Source: Lachnospiraceae bacterium
GTDB lineage: Bacteria > Bacillota > Clostridia > Lachnospirales > Lachnospiraceae
Length of the DNA stretch: 64,000 nucleotides
Direction of reading: 5' to 3'
NCBI GenBank assembly: GCA_015056945.1
Contig: SVFH01000014.1
Location: forward strand, 171-64,170
Position numbers and translations under genes: made by a program. A model generated the notes under the pieces. The model was not told the origin of the DNA. It was given only the letters and a program-made list of their open reading frames with translations, and did no database searches. This document shows, piece after piece, positions 49,625 to 59,383 of the stretch (the stretch's first letter is position 1; each line of letters starts with the position of its first letter).

Positions 49625-50383
49625 TTATTTTGTGGGTGCCATGAGAATTTTACCGGTACCGCGGTAAACATTTACAAGCCCTTCACCGGAGGTTGCACTT
49701 CCCATAAGGGAATTGCCTGCACGCTCGGTTGAGAACTGAAGACTTGCAGACCAGCATACTGCAAAGTTACCGTCAATCTTGATGCAATCATTCTCTAATT
49801 CAATTTCATATAATTCTTCTCTCGGGCAACGGCTCAACAATACCGCCTGGCCGTTTCCGACAAGTTTTAAGTTGAATAAACCTTCACCGCCTGCTACTGC
49901 AGAAGTAAGGTTGGTACGCATCTGTACTTCATCCTTCACTTCATCATCACAGCAGATAAACATACCGTCGTCACAGCAAAGTCCGTTCCACTCTGCAACA
50001 TTTTCAATAATCGGATAAAGATATGTAGGTTCGCAGACCACAAGGCCGGTACCCTTGTACAGAGGCTTAACAGGCGCATCACCTGTTAATTTGGACTTAA
50101 ACATTTTGCCCATCATATCACCTACGCCGTTTACTCCTGCCGTCTGGGTTACATTTCCGGTAATAAACTGCATTGCACCGGGTTTTAATCTGATTGCGTT
50201 GTCCTGTAATTCAATCGCAACCTGCTTCAAGGTACAATTTGTTTTGGACATGAAATAAGAAGTTGACGCACTGTTCGGTGTTACCGACATATCCATATTG
50301 TGCTGGAATACGGTAAATACTCCTTTCTGTTCCAAAATTTTGATGTTGTCATTATCATAAATAAAATTTTTGATTCTTACCAT
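49625..50383 (-). CDS. AIM24 family protein
   Basis: PGAMQF, YKGTG.V..EPT, GGEGLFNL, IDGNFA, SGEGLVNVYRGTG. Confidence 0.88.
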   Translation of the reverse strand: MVRIKNFIYDNDNIKILEQKGVFTVFQHNMDMSVTPNSASTSYFMSKTNCTLKQVAIELQDNAIRLKPGAMQFITGNVTQTAGVNGVGDMMGKMFKSKLTGDAPVKPLYKGTGLVVCEPTYLYPIIENVAEWNGLCCDDGMFICCDDEVKDEVQMRTNLTSAVAGGEGLFNLKLVGNGQAVLLSRCPREELYEIELENDCIKIDGNFAVCWSASLQFSTERAGNSLMGSATSGEGLVNVYRGTGKILMAPTK

Positions 50384-50577
50384 TTCTTGTCTCCTTTGGG
50401 ATTTATCTTTACTTTCTTAGTTTATCACTTTTTCACCGGAGTATATAGTATTTTTTTTGCAAAATAACATATTCTATTTCGCACTTTTCAATATATTCCT
50501 TCACAAAGCGCATATTTTTCCTTTACACCTTATTTATTTTACAATATACTGAAAAAAAAACAAATGAATGGAGTAGG

Positions 50578-52668
50578 ATGATTATGAATTCGCAAACCAA
50601 AGTAAACCTGCTCATTGTTCTTTTTTGCATCCTTCCGATATGCCTCGGTATACTTGTTCCTATTTTAGAGGAAGCAGAATTTGAGTTTACCAATCCTTAC
50701 GATTATGCAAGGATAACGGATGTAGAATACAAGGCCGTCGTAGTAGATGAGCCGGAACAAAAGGGCAAGGTTATCATTACAGAGCGTCTCACCTTCGACA
50801 TTCATGCCGCTTCCAAGAACAATCTTTTCTGGGAATTGTGGCGTGAATTACCGGAACAATATGTTGATGGCGTCAAGGTGGACTATAAGGTTAATTCCGT
50901 TAAACAAATTTACCCTGACGGACGTGTATATGTTTATGAGGAAAGCCCGAAGCTGTACTGGAATGATTCCGATTATGTGAAAGAAAATACCAAATACGGT
51001 CCGGGGAAATGGTTCCACAGTGAAGGACCTTACAATCCCGACCAGAGAAGATATGAATGCGTATTGTTCTATGTAGACGGTCTTTATCGGGAAGAAGTCG
51101 TGTATGAGATTGAATACGAAATGTACAATGCCGGTCTTCGCTACGGTGACTGTTCCGAGCTTTACCTTTCAATGTATTCCGGCGATACCATCAAGTATCT
51201 GGACTCCTATAAAGCCCAGATTCTGGTTCCGAATGATGACATGCCGGCGAAAGGAAACTATCTGGTACAGACTTATGGTACCTCAAAGAATGATTTTCCG
51301 TACAAAGAGTCTGCCGATGCAAATCCCGGATATCATACGTTTTCTTTCGAGTTGGACAAGTGGGACCTGCGTTTTAACCCGTATAACGAATATATCGAAT
51401 TTGTGCTTTTATCTTATGGTGAAGATGCATTTTCCTTCACGGAACATGCGTCTGTAAATGACTACTATTATGACGACAGCCTAGATTACATTCACAGAGA
51501 TATGAACGAGTACAAGATGCGTCCGGTTCTGTTTTTCTTCCTAAAAGCAATCATTGCTTTTGCATTGACAGCGCTTGGACTGTGGTTCGTCATTTATGCT
51601 CTTATAACAGACAGAAGACTTCGCAAAAAATATAAATTCTTTACTCCGGAAACAGACTATAAATATTTTCGCGACATTCCGTCTGATTTGGACCCGGTTG
51701 TAGCTTCACGATTTGTTTTCTGTAAGAAGAAGTCCAAAAAAGATATCGCTGCATCATCCTATGCAGCCATCTTATTAAGCCTTGCACGAAAAAAATATAT
51801 CTTATTGCGTGAGCTTTCCAATGACGATATAGAAATCTACATTCCGAACAGACCGGGACCGAATAAAGAAACGCAACTCACGACTTTAGAGCCGCTTAGC
51901 CATTGCGAGTCTCTTTATTATAACCTTTTATTAAGACATGCTTCTACGGACACCATTTCCATGAGAAGCTTTCGAAACAAAGTATCTACGGACTATAATG
52001 CTACCAATACATTTGCACAGAACATGAATCTTGCTTTTTCCAAAGTAGCATTCCGTTTGAACTATATCCAGAAAGCATCATACACACAGCCGCAGAATGG
52101 TTTGAGAACTGCACGCACTGCCCTATTTACTATAGGTGCGCTCTCCATTACACTGGTTAATTTTATCTCTTCACTAACCAGACTGGACATGGCATTCGGA
52201 GCCTATACCTTATTTGGCATCCTTTGCATCATCGCCGGAATCATTATAAACACAAAGATTCCGAAGTATATTCTTCTGACACAGCTTGGAGAAAACGAAT
52301 ATGCGAAATGGCGCGGTTTATATAACTTCTTAAACAGCGATACGTTATTAAGCGACTCTACGGTTATTGCCCTTCCGGTTTGGGAAAAATACCTTGTGTA
52401 CGCAACCGCATTCGGTATCTCCTCCAAAGTCATCAAGGCAATTGAATTGAAATGTAAGGAGATTGCAACTGAAAGTCCTATTTTGAGTAACAGCTTTTAT
52501 CATTCGCGTTCCTTCCACATTTCAAGCGGTCATTTCCATTCTTCTGTCCGCTCCGGTTCTTACAGTGGCGGTTCCTTTGGAGGAAGCTACGGTGGTGGCG
52601 GAGGCTACGGCGGCGGAGGCTACGGTGGTGGCGGCCGAGGCGGCGGTGGCGGTGGCGGCGGTCACTAA
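50578..52668 (+). CDS. DUF2207 family membrane protein, paralog 2
   Basis: NP.DYARITDVEYKAVV shared with paralog 1; WEKYLVYATAFG; tail ...YGGGGRGGGGGGGGH. Confidence 0.85.
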   Translation: MIMNSQTKVNLLIVLFCILPICLGILVPILEEAEFEFTNPYDYARITDVEYKAVVVDEPEQKGKVIITERLTFDIHAASKNNLFWELWRELPEQYVDGVKVDYKVNSVKQIYPDGRVYVYEESPKLYWNDSDYVKENTKYGPGKWFHSEGPYNPDQRRYECVLFYVDGLYREEVVYEIEYEMYNAGLRYGDCSELYLSMYSGDTIKYLDSYKAQILVPNDDMPAKGNYLVQTYGTSKNDFPYKESADANPGYHTFSFELDKWDLRFNPYNEYIEFVLLSYGEDAFSFTEHASVNDYYYDDSLDYIHRDMNEYKMRPVLFFFLKAIIAFALTALGLWFVIYALITDRRLRKKYKFFTPETDYKYFRDIPSDLDPVVASRFVFCKKKSKKDIAASSYAAILLSLARKKYILLRELSNDDIEIYIPNRPGPNKETQLTTLEPLSHCESLYYNLLLRHASTDTISMRSFRNKVSTDYNATNTFAQNMNLAFSKVAFRLNYIQKASYTQPQNGLRTARTALFTIGALSITLVNFISSLTRLDMAFGAYTLFGILCIIAGIIINTKIPKYILLTQLGENEYAKWRGLYNFLNSDTLLSDSTVIALPVWEKYLVYATAFGISSKVIKAIELKCKEIATESPILSNSFYHSRSFHISSGHFHSSVRSGSYSGGSFGGSYGGGGGYGGGGYGGGGRGGGGGGGGH

Positions 52669-52690
52669 TACTGACACATACAGACTTTAG

Positions 52691-52746
52691 AATAAACAAA
52701 AACACTCCGCAAAGTGATACAGCTTTGCGGAGTATTTTTGTTTATT
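52691..52746. terminator. Bidirectional intrinsic terminator
   Basis: AATAAACAAAAACACTCCGCAAAG...CTTTGCGGAGTATTTTTGTTTATT. Confidence 0.85.
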
Positions 52747-52747
52747 A

Positions 52748-53094
52748 TTACGAAACGCAGTAAATACGTTCAAAATTGCATTCTGTTTCAATATACTTGC
52801 GACGTTCTTCTTCTTTGTCAAATAACGAATATGCAATCACAAGCTTTGCATATGCCGTTTCCTCTGTGAAACCATATAAAAAGCGAATACGATGCCCATT
52901 GGTCTCATGTTCTGCAATTTCGTAAATTGTCTCATACGTTCCTTTTCTATACACGGAAGGTGAGAGATACACATCAATCGATTTGTCAAAAGAGAAGCAG
53001 AAATCCCCGTTTTTTCATGCACGGACAGATTACCTTTTTCATTTATTGCCGTACAAATCGTACCCCCAACCAAAAGCAAAAGAACTTTTTTCAT
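52748..53094 (-). pseudogene. L-asparaginase family remnant (large internal deletion with frame change)
   Basis: N-terminal MKKVLLLLVGGTIC in one frame; C-terminal-like FTEETAYAKL..AYS in another frame; about 350 bp in total. Confidence 0.6.
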
Positions 53095-53149
53095 ACCTTC
53101 TTCTAACGTAAAACGGGAGACAAAGCTCCCGTTTCTATTGTGCCGTTTA

Positions 53150-54574
53150 TTATTTTCCATCCAGTTTCTGATCCAAAAGTGACTTAATCACTGCCGTATC
53201 AGCTGTATTCTTCAGTTCACGCATGCAGGCACCAAAAATTGCCTGTTTTGCCTTCACTTTGCCGTTTCTGTAATCTTCTACTGCCTGTGCATTCTCGCTG
53301 ATGACACGATCCATAATCGTCTCAATAGTAGATGCATCTACCTGACTGTCTAACTCATTTTCCTTGCAGTATGCAACCGGGTCAACACCCTCTTCCAATA
53401 CAGCTGTCAGAATCTTTCTTCCGCTCGCACGGTTTACTTTATTCTCATCAACCATCTTAATGATGGTAGAAAGCTCTTCTGCCGTAATTTCAAGATCACC
53501 TAAGAGTTTGCCCTGCTTACGAAGCACGCCTGCACAGTCTGTCAGAATCCAGCCTGCTGCATTCTTTGCATTACAACCCAAAGTAACAACATCATCAAGA
53601 AGCTTACTTACTTTGTGATTGTGAATCAACATATCAATTTCTTTCTCGGAAATGCCTGCTTCTCTGTAAGCATCTGCCTTCTCATCCACTGCCACAGGTT
53701 TCGCTGCTTTAATCTGCTCTAACCATGCATCATCAATGATAATCGGCATAAGGTTTGCATCCGGGAAATAACGATAATCTGCTTCTGTTTCCTTATTACG
53801 CATTGCAAATGTCTTACCGGAAGCATCATCAAAACGTCTGGTTTCCTGTACAAGTTCCTCTGTTTCAAACTCAAGTGCATCTATGTGACGCTGTGCTTCA
53901 TACTTAATTGCCTTCTCAATTGCTTCAAAAGAGGCCATGTTTTTAATCTCTGTACGAACACCGAACTCTGTGCTGCCTTCAGGACGAACGGAAATATTAA
54001 CGTCACAACGCATTGCACCTTCTTCACACTCGGAAATACCGCCGGAACGGAACATGGATTTCAATTTATTCAGGTAAACCAAAACTTCCTCTGCACTACG
54101 GAAATCAGGCTGTGTTACAATCTCAATCAAAGGAACGCTGGTACGATTGAAATCGACGAAAGAAGCTTTTCCTGCATGCACAAGCTTACCTGCATCTTCT
54201 TCCATATGAATCTGCTTAATATGAATATCACGCTCTCCCTCAGAAGTCTTCAAGGTCACACAACCATTTGTACAAATGGGGTGATTTAACTGTGTAATCT
54301 GATATGCACAGGGAAGATCCGGATAGTAGTAATTCTTTTTATCAAAAGTTGTGTATCTGCTGATTTCACAATTCAACATAAGTCCGGCGGTTACTGCCAG
54401 CTCAACAACTCTTTTATTCATAACCGGCAACATACCGGGCATACCGCTGCAGGCAGGGCAAACACAGTCGTTGGGTTCTTTGGATGCGGAATGTCCGCCG
54501 CAGGAACAAAAAATCTTGGATTCCGTGCTGAGTTCCACATGCGTTTCAAGACCGATGACAAGTTCATATTTCAT
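53150..54574 (-). CDS. gatB: Asp/Glu-tRNA amidotransferase subunit B
   Basis: GLETHVEL, KNYYYPDLP, HMEEDAGK, NR..VPLIEIVT, RCDVNIS, TEIKN, QETR, DYRYFP. Confidence 0.95.
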   Translation of the reverse strand: MKYELVIGLETHVELSTESKIFCSCGGHSASKEPNDCVCPACSGMPGMLPVMNKRVVELAVTAGLMLNCEISRYTTFDKKNYYYPDLPCAYQITQLNHPICTNGCVTLKTSEGERDIHIKQIHMEEDAGKLVHAGKASFVDFNRTSVPLIEIVTQPDFRSAEEVLVYLNKLKSMFRSGGISECEEGAMRCDVNISVRPEGSTEFGVRTEIKNMASFEAIEKAIKYEAQRHIDALEFETEELVQETRRFDDASGKTFAMRNKETEADYRYFPDANLMPIIIDDAWLEQIKAAKPVAVDEKADAYREAGISEKEIDMLIHNHKVSKLLDDVVTLGCNAKNAAGWILTDCAGVLRKQGKLLGDLEITAEELSTIIKMVDENKVNRASGRKILTAVLEEGVDPVAYCKENELDSQVDASTIETIMDRVISENAQAVEDYRNGKVKAKQAIFGACMRELKNTADTAVIKSLLDQKLDGK

Positions 54575-54576
54575 AA

Positions 54577-55761
54577 TTATTCACCTATCCTTTCCGTGCT
54601 TCCCGCAAGACTAAGCAGAACACTTTCACTAAACTGTTTACCCATGAGCTGTACACCACCGCTGACAAGTGCAGGGATACCAATGAGGTTTGCTACTGCT
54701 GTAAATATGCTTTCTTCGAATACTTTAACAAATGCATCTTTCATATCATACGCTTCATATGCAGTCTTTGCGCATGCCGGTGTCAGAACTGCATCATACC
54801 GTGCAAATACTTCTGCCATTCTGTCCGCAACCACGCGACGCACCTTCAACGCTTTGCCGTAACAATCATCATAGCGGTTCTTGGATAACACATCCGAACC
54901 ATAGAGAATAACTGCTTTTGTCAGGAAGTTGAAGCCTTCCGTTCTGGAATTTACGTATAATTCATCTATATTCTTATATTCTTTAGCACGATATCCGAAT
55001 TTCACACCATCATAACGGGAAACATTGTTACAGGTTTCTGCCGTCATAAGAATCTGCCATGTTGTATTTGCAACATCAACAATATCGAGAGAAATCTCTT
55101 CCACAACCACTCCGTTTGCACGAAGCTTCTCTGCGTAAGCATTCACGTTTGCACGTGTCACATCGTCCGCTTTCTCAAGCAACTCTTTCACGATTGCAAC
55201 TTTTTTACCCGTAACGGATGCTTTGGCATCATATGTGTAGCTTTCTTCTTTCAAACAAGTGCCGTCTTTCTCATCATATCCGGCAATCACACCCATGATT
55301 TCAGCAATACCTTCCGCATTCTTTGCATAAACGCCAAGCTGCTCTCCGGAAGCCGCGCAGGAAATGATTCCGTAACGGGAAACCGTACCATAGGTCGGCT
55401 TTAAGAAATCTACACCGGAAAGTGCTGCCGCACGTCTGGGTGCACCGATCATGTCAACGCCGAGTGCCGCTTCTACGGCTCCCTGTGCCACTAACTCTGC
55501 TGCGGCTCCTTTTAAAGTACCTTCCTGTTTGTTATAGTAGGAAAACTCACCCACAAGGTCGAGTCCGAACTCGCCTACATGAGTCTTTCCTGAAATGGTA
55601 TATCCGCTTTTTTCCAGTCTGGTAACAGCCTCTGCACTAAACAGCGGCTTAAAGCCCTCTAACATATGAGAGCCTGCGCCGGTCTGTGCACCTTTGACAA
55701 GAATCATATCATCAACTGCTACCGTACCCTGTTCTGATAACTGTGTTGTATATAAACTCAT
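54577..55761 (-). CDS. gatA: Degenerate GatA (amidase-signature fold, catalytic triad apparently absent)
   Basis: S.MLEGF.P, KPTYGTVSRYG, SRYDGVKFGYR, SRTEGF and ANL.GIPA retained; KDN, GGSSGG and GSDTGGS motifs replaced. Confidence 0.85.
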   Translation of the reverse strand: MSLYTTQLSEQGTVAVDDMILVKGAQTGAGSHMLEGFKPLFSAEAVTRLEKSGYTISGKTHVGEFGLDLVGEFSYYNKQEGTLKGAAAELVAQGAVEAALGVDMIGAPRRAAALSGVDFLKPTYGTVSRYGIISCAASGEQLGVYAKNAEGIAEIMGVIAGYDEKDGTCLKEESYTYDAKASVTGKKVAIVKELLEKADDVTRANVNAYAEKLRANGVVVEEISLDIVDVANTTWQILMTAETCNNVSRYDGVKFGYRAKEYKNIDELYVNSRTEGFNFLTKAVILYGSDVLSKNRYDDCYGKALKVRRVVADRMAEVFARYDAVLTPACAKTAYEAYDMKDAFVKVFEESIFTAVANLIGIPALVSGGVQLMGKQFSESVLLSLAGSTERIGE

Positions 55762-55771
55762 TCTATGCACC

Positions 55772-57850
55772 TCACTTTACAAGTCTTGGCACCTGCCAAC
55801 TGTCTTCACTACGCTCCGGAGCTCCTTCTAAAAGGCTCTCACGGCTAAACTCCTGTTTTCTGACATCTTCACGCAGAATATTAGTCATCGGCATTACATA
55901 AATCATTTCTTCCACGTTTGCGGTATCGATACCTGCAAGCGCTTCTTCATGCGCCTTCATGCCTTTGAAAATCTCCTGCATACAGCTCTCTTCCTCTTCT
56001 GTTAAGGAAAGCTGGTTCAGCTGCTGTGCGTTGGAAAAGGTTGCACGCTTCTCACTGTGTTTTCTGCTTGCGCCACCGGTTGCTGCAGCGCGACCTGCCA
56101 ATGCACTGCCGTTTCCGAGAAGATGTACATCCTCTAACTGCTGATTGGTTACTTCACTCGGTGCACCAAGCAATAAATCCTGCGCATTACCATTAAGCGG
56201 GAATGCAATAACTTCAAGAATCTTCTCTTCGTCTGTTAAAAGCATAACCGTACGGTCAATTCCCGGTGCCATACCTGCATGAGGCGGTGCTCCGTACTGG
56301 AATGCCGTATAAAGCGCATTGAATCTGGTCTTTAACTCTTCTTCGGAATAACCTGCAATTTCAAATGCCTTTTTCATAATATCAATGTCATGGTTACGAA
56401 CCGCACCGGAAGCAAGCTCGATACCGTTACATACAAGGTCATACTGATAAGCCAGCACCTGTGTCGGATCGCTTCCAAGGAGTGCTTCCATACCCCCCTG
56501 CGGCATAGAGAACGGGTTGTGTGTGAAAATGGTATCTCCTGTTTCCTCGTCGATTTCATACATCGGGAAATCTACAACGAAACAGAATTCAAATGCATCA
56601 TCACGAATCAAATCAAGCTGTTCTTTCTTTGCAAGCCAGGTACGGATGTGTCCGGCTTTCTTTTCTGTATCACCCTTCTTGTCATCACAAATGAAGAAGA
56701 GAGTCTCACCTTCTTTTACACCTGTTAATGCAATAATCTCTGCCTTCTTTTCATCGCTTAAAAACTTCGCAATCGGTCCTGCAAAAACGCCTTCTTTTAA
56801 GGTAATATAACCAAGTCCGCCAAGTCCGACTTCCGGAGAAGTTGCAAACTTCAAAGAATCCTCAAAGAACTTCTTTGACTTTCCTGCGCAGTTGGCTACA
56901 ATACCTCTGACCGGTTTACCCTTAAAAGCAGGGAACTCAACATCAGCAAAAAACGCGGTCAAATCACAAATCAAAAGCGGATTACGAAGGTCCGGCTTGT
57001 CTGAACCATAGGTCATCATTGCGTCCGCATACGTAATACGGCGGAACGGTTTCTCAGTAACCTTCTTGGTTGTAAATGCTTTGAAAGTATCGTAGATTAC
57101 ATCTTCACAAACCTCAAGAACTTCTTCCTGGGTTGCAAAGGCCATCTCAAAGTCTAACTGATAGAATTCACCCGGAGAACGGTCTGCTCTCGCATCCTCA
57201 TCTCTAAAGCACGGTGCTACCTGGAAATAACGGTCAAATCCTGACACCATCAGGAGCTGCTTAAACTGCTGGGGAGCCTGCGGCAACGCATAGAATTTGC
57301 CGGGATGCTTACGGCTGGGAACGAGGAAGTCTCTTGCTCCTTCCGGAGAAGAAGCCGTCAGAATCGGCGTCTGCATATCTAAGAAATTCTTCTCTTCCAT
57401 TTTATTTCTCATGAAACGGATAATCTTGGAACGCATCACAATATTGTCATGGTTCTTGGGATTACGAAGATCGAGATAACGGTATTTCAAACGTAACTCA
57501 TCTTTGCTCAAATGAGAGGATCTTACCTCAAATGGCAACATATTGCGGCTCTTACCTAATACCTGAAGGGTATCTGCAACCAATTCCACATATCCGGTTG
57601 CAATCTTTTCATTCACAGTTTCAGGCGCACGCTTATTCACGATTCCGCTTACACTGATTACGGTCTCACGATTGACATTCTTCAATAATTCCTCATCATG
57701 GATAACAACCTGGGTTACGCCCGTGTAGTCACGCAAATCAATAAAAATAACGCCACCATGATCACGGACCACGTCAACCCAACCTGCAAGCTGCACATTT
57801 TGGCCGATATGCTTATCGCAAATATCGTTACAGAATTGTGTTCTATACAT
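55772..57850 (-). CDS. aspS: Aspartyl-tRNA synthetase fused to a C-terminal GatC domain
   Basis: RDHGGVIFIDLRD, PEGARDF, LPQAPQQFKQ, CFRDED, GAPPHAG; Gly/Ala linker then LSLTEEE...DT.NVE...NILRED...AP......VPRLV. Confidence 0.92.
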   Translation of the reverse strand: MYRTQFCNDICDKHIGQNVQLAGWVDVVRDHGGVIFIDLRDYTGVTQVVIHDEELLKNVNRETVISVSGIVNKRAPETVNEKIATGYVELVADTLQVLGKSRNMLPFEVRSSHLSKDELRLKYRYLDLRNPKNHDNIVMRSKIIRFMRNKMEEKNFLDMQTPILTASSPEGARDFLVPSRKHPGKFYALPQAPQQFKQLLMVSGFDRYFQVAPCFRDEDARADRSPGEFYQLDFEMAFATQEEVLEVCEDVIYDTFKAFTTKKVTEKPFRRITYADAMMTYGSDKPDLRNPLLICDLTAFFADVEFPAFKGKPVRGIVANCAGKSKKFFEDSLKFATSPEVGLGGLGYITLKEGVFAGPIAKFLSDEKKAEIIALTGVKEGETLFFICDDKKGDTEKKAGHIRTWLAKKEQLDLIRDDAFEFCFVVDFPMYEIDEETGDTIFTHNPFSMPQGGMEALLGSDPTQVLAYQYDLVCNGIELASGAVRNHDIDIMKKAFEIAGYSEEELKTRFNALYTAFQYGAPPHAGMAPGIDRTVMLLTDEEKILEVIAFPLNGNAQDLLLGAPSEVTNQQLEDVHLLGNGSALAGRAAATGGASRKHSEKRATFSNAQQLNQLSLTEEEESCMQEIFKGMKAHEEALAGIDTANVEEMIYVMPMTNILREDVRKQEFSRESLLEGAPERSEDSWQVPRLVK

Positions 57851-57869
57851 ACTAAATCCTCCCTATATA

Positions 57870-58085
57870 AAATAATCCCGGGAATATTTCAACAATATTC
57901 CCGGGACGAGTAAACAATTTTCACCCGCGGTGCCACCCGCATTGATGCCGATAAAAGCATCCTCTTTTCTACTATTCAAATATCTCTACTTCAGAGTGTT
58001 CCCAAACTTACTACTCATCTGAAATGCGCTTTCAGTCGCCGACGCATTCTCCCTGACAGACTTTCCACAAAAGCTGAGTCTCCGA
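57870..58085 (-). ncRNA. T-box leader, probable Asn (AAC) specifier
   Basis: Stem I GGGAGA/GACTGAAAG motifs, GGG-AAC-ACTC specifier (58000-57998), GCGGGTGGCACCGCGG T-box, CGTCCC antiterminator arm, TCCCGGGAATATT terminator; TTGACA-17-TAGAAT promoter. Confidence 0.88.
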
Positions 58086-58243
58086 TTTGGATTCTATCAA
58101 ACTCAAAACGCCTTGTCAATAACATTATATTCAAGTTTTATCAAATTATTCCTTCTTTAAACAATTTCTATCTTTATTCCATAACTGCTAAATCAAATCT
58201 TTGACGCTTCTGAAACCATCCCGCAAACGCATCCTTGCAGCAA

Positions 58244-59074
58244 TTACAGATTTTTTATGTAGGATTCTATCACTTTCACATTTTCATTCAGGCTCTCCAT
58301 AATTGCGGCAATTTCCTGTAACGAGGCTGCCTGCTGGCTGATTGATTCTGACGTTTCCCTTGATTTCTCACTGACATGATTTACCTGACTGTCCACACCA
58401 CCTAACATAGCACTGATTTCTCTGGCAGACTGTGTAGTATTATTAGACATTTTTTCAATCTCTTTGGCAACCACGAAGAAACCTCTTCCGGCTTCTCCCG
58501 CACGGGACGCTTCAATGGAAGCATTCAGTCCGAGCATTTTTGCCGATGTGCTGAGTTTATTGATAACGCCGAGAATACTGTTCATTTTAGCCGTTTCATC
58601 CAGTAGCTTTGTCATCAGTTCATAAATCTGCTGATTGTTGGACGAAATATGTTGAATCTCATCCGTAATTCCACTCACGGAACGGGATACCTTCTCCATT
58701 TCTGAAGCAAGGGTAGAAATGGCATCTTTAGTCGCTTTGATTTTTTCAATACTTTTGGCAATCATCAGACAACCGACAACCTTATCTCCTTCCCACAAAG
58801 GAATCGCATAGGACAAAAAAGGAACGCCGTAAACATGAGCCGGAACTTCCCGCACCATTCTTTTTCTGGATTCTATTACCATACGCGGCGTACTCTCCGC
58901 CGGAAACGGTTTCCCTATCTCGCATTTTACCGGAATCTCATTACACGGCTGGTTATATATAAAACTTTCCGTATTTGTAATCGCCACCGAAACAGGTTCA
59001 TCGATGAATAACGGAATATATTTAGATATACTTACAAATTCCTGCAAAATCTTCTTTTCATTAGAAAAATCCAT
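58244..59074 (-). CDS. Cytoplasmic methyl-accepting chemotaxis protein
   Basis: MLGLNASIEASRAGEAGRGF.VVAKEI hairpin; no TM; N-terminal sensor domain. Confidence 0.88.
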   Translation of the reverse strand: MDFSNEKKILQEFVSISKYIPLFIDEPVSVAITNTESFIYNQPCNEIPVKCEIGKPFPAESTPRMVIESRKRMVREVPAHVYGVPFLSYAIPLWEGDKVVGCLMIAKSIEKIKATKDAISTLASEMEKVSRSVSGITDEIQHISSNNQQIYELMTKLLDETAKMNSILGVINKLSTSAKMLGLNASIEASRAGEAGRGFFVVAKEIEKMSNNTTQSAREISAMLGGVDSQVNHVSEKSRETSESISQQAASLQEIAAIMESLNENVKVIESYIKNL

Positions 59075-59173
59075 ACGCGCCTCTCCTTTACTTCTATGCT
59101 GTACCCATATCGGCATTATAGCATATTGCGGAAAAAATCGCTATGGATTTTTCATTTATCACTTATGAAACTT

Positions 59174-59365
59174 CTAAAATTTAATCACTTCGGGAGCAGC
59201 TGTGAATGAAGAAAATGTTGCCGTTGCGTTTGCAAGATACAATACCTGCGTATTTCCGTCAAAAATGTTCGCCGTGCCAAAGGGTCTGACACGCGGCTGA
59301 TCTCCCTCTACGGTTGCCAGATAATAAACTCCTGCTTCTTTCAAGAAATTGCAAACTTTCTCCAT
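59174..59365 (-). pseudogene. Pyridoxamine 5'-phosphate oxidase-like protein remnant (in-frame internal deletion)
   Basis: YYLATVEGDQPRVRPFG N-terminus joined at DG to the C-terminal NTQVLYL..ATATFSSF; 63 aa. Confidence 0.65.
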
Positions 59366-59383
59366 AAGTAAAAGACTCCTTTA

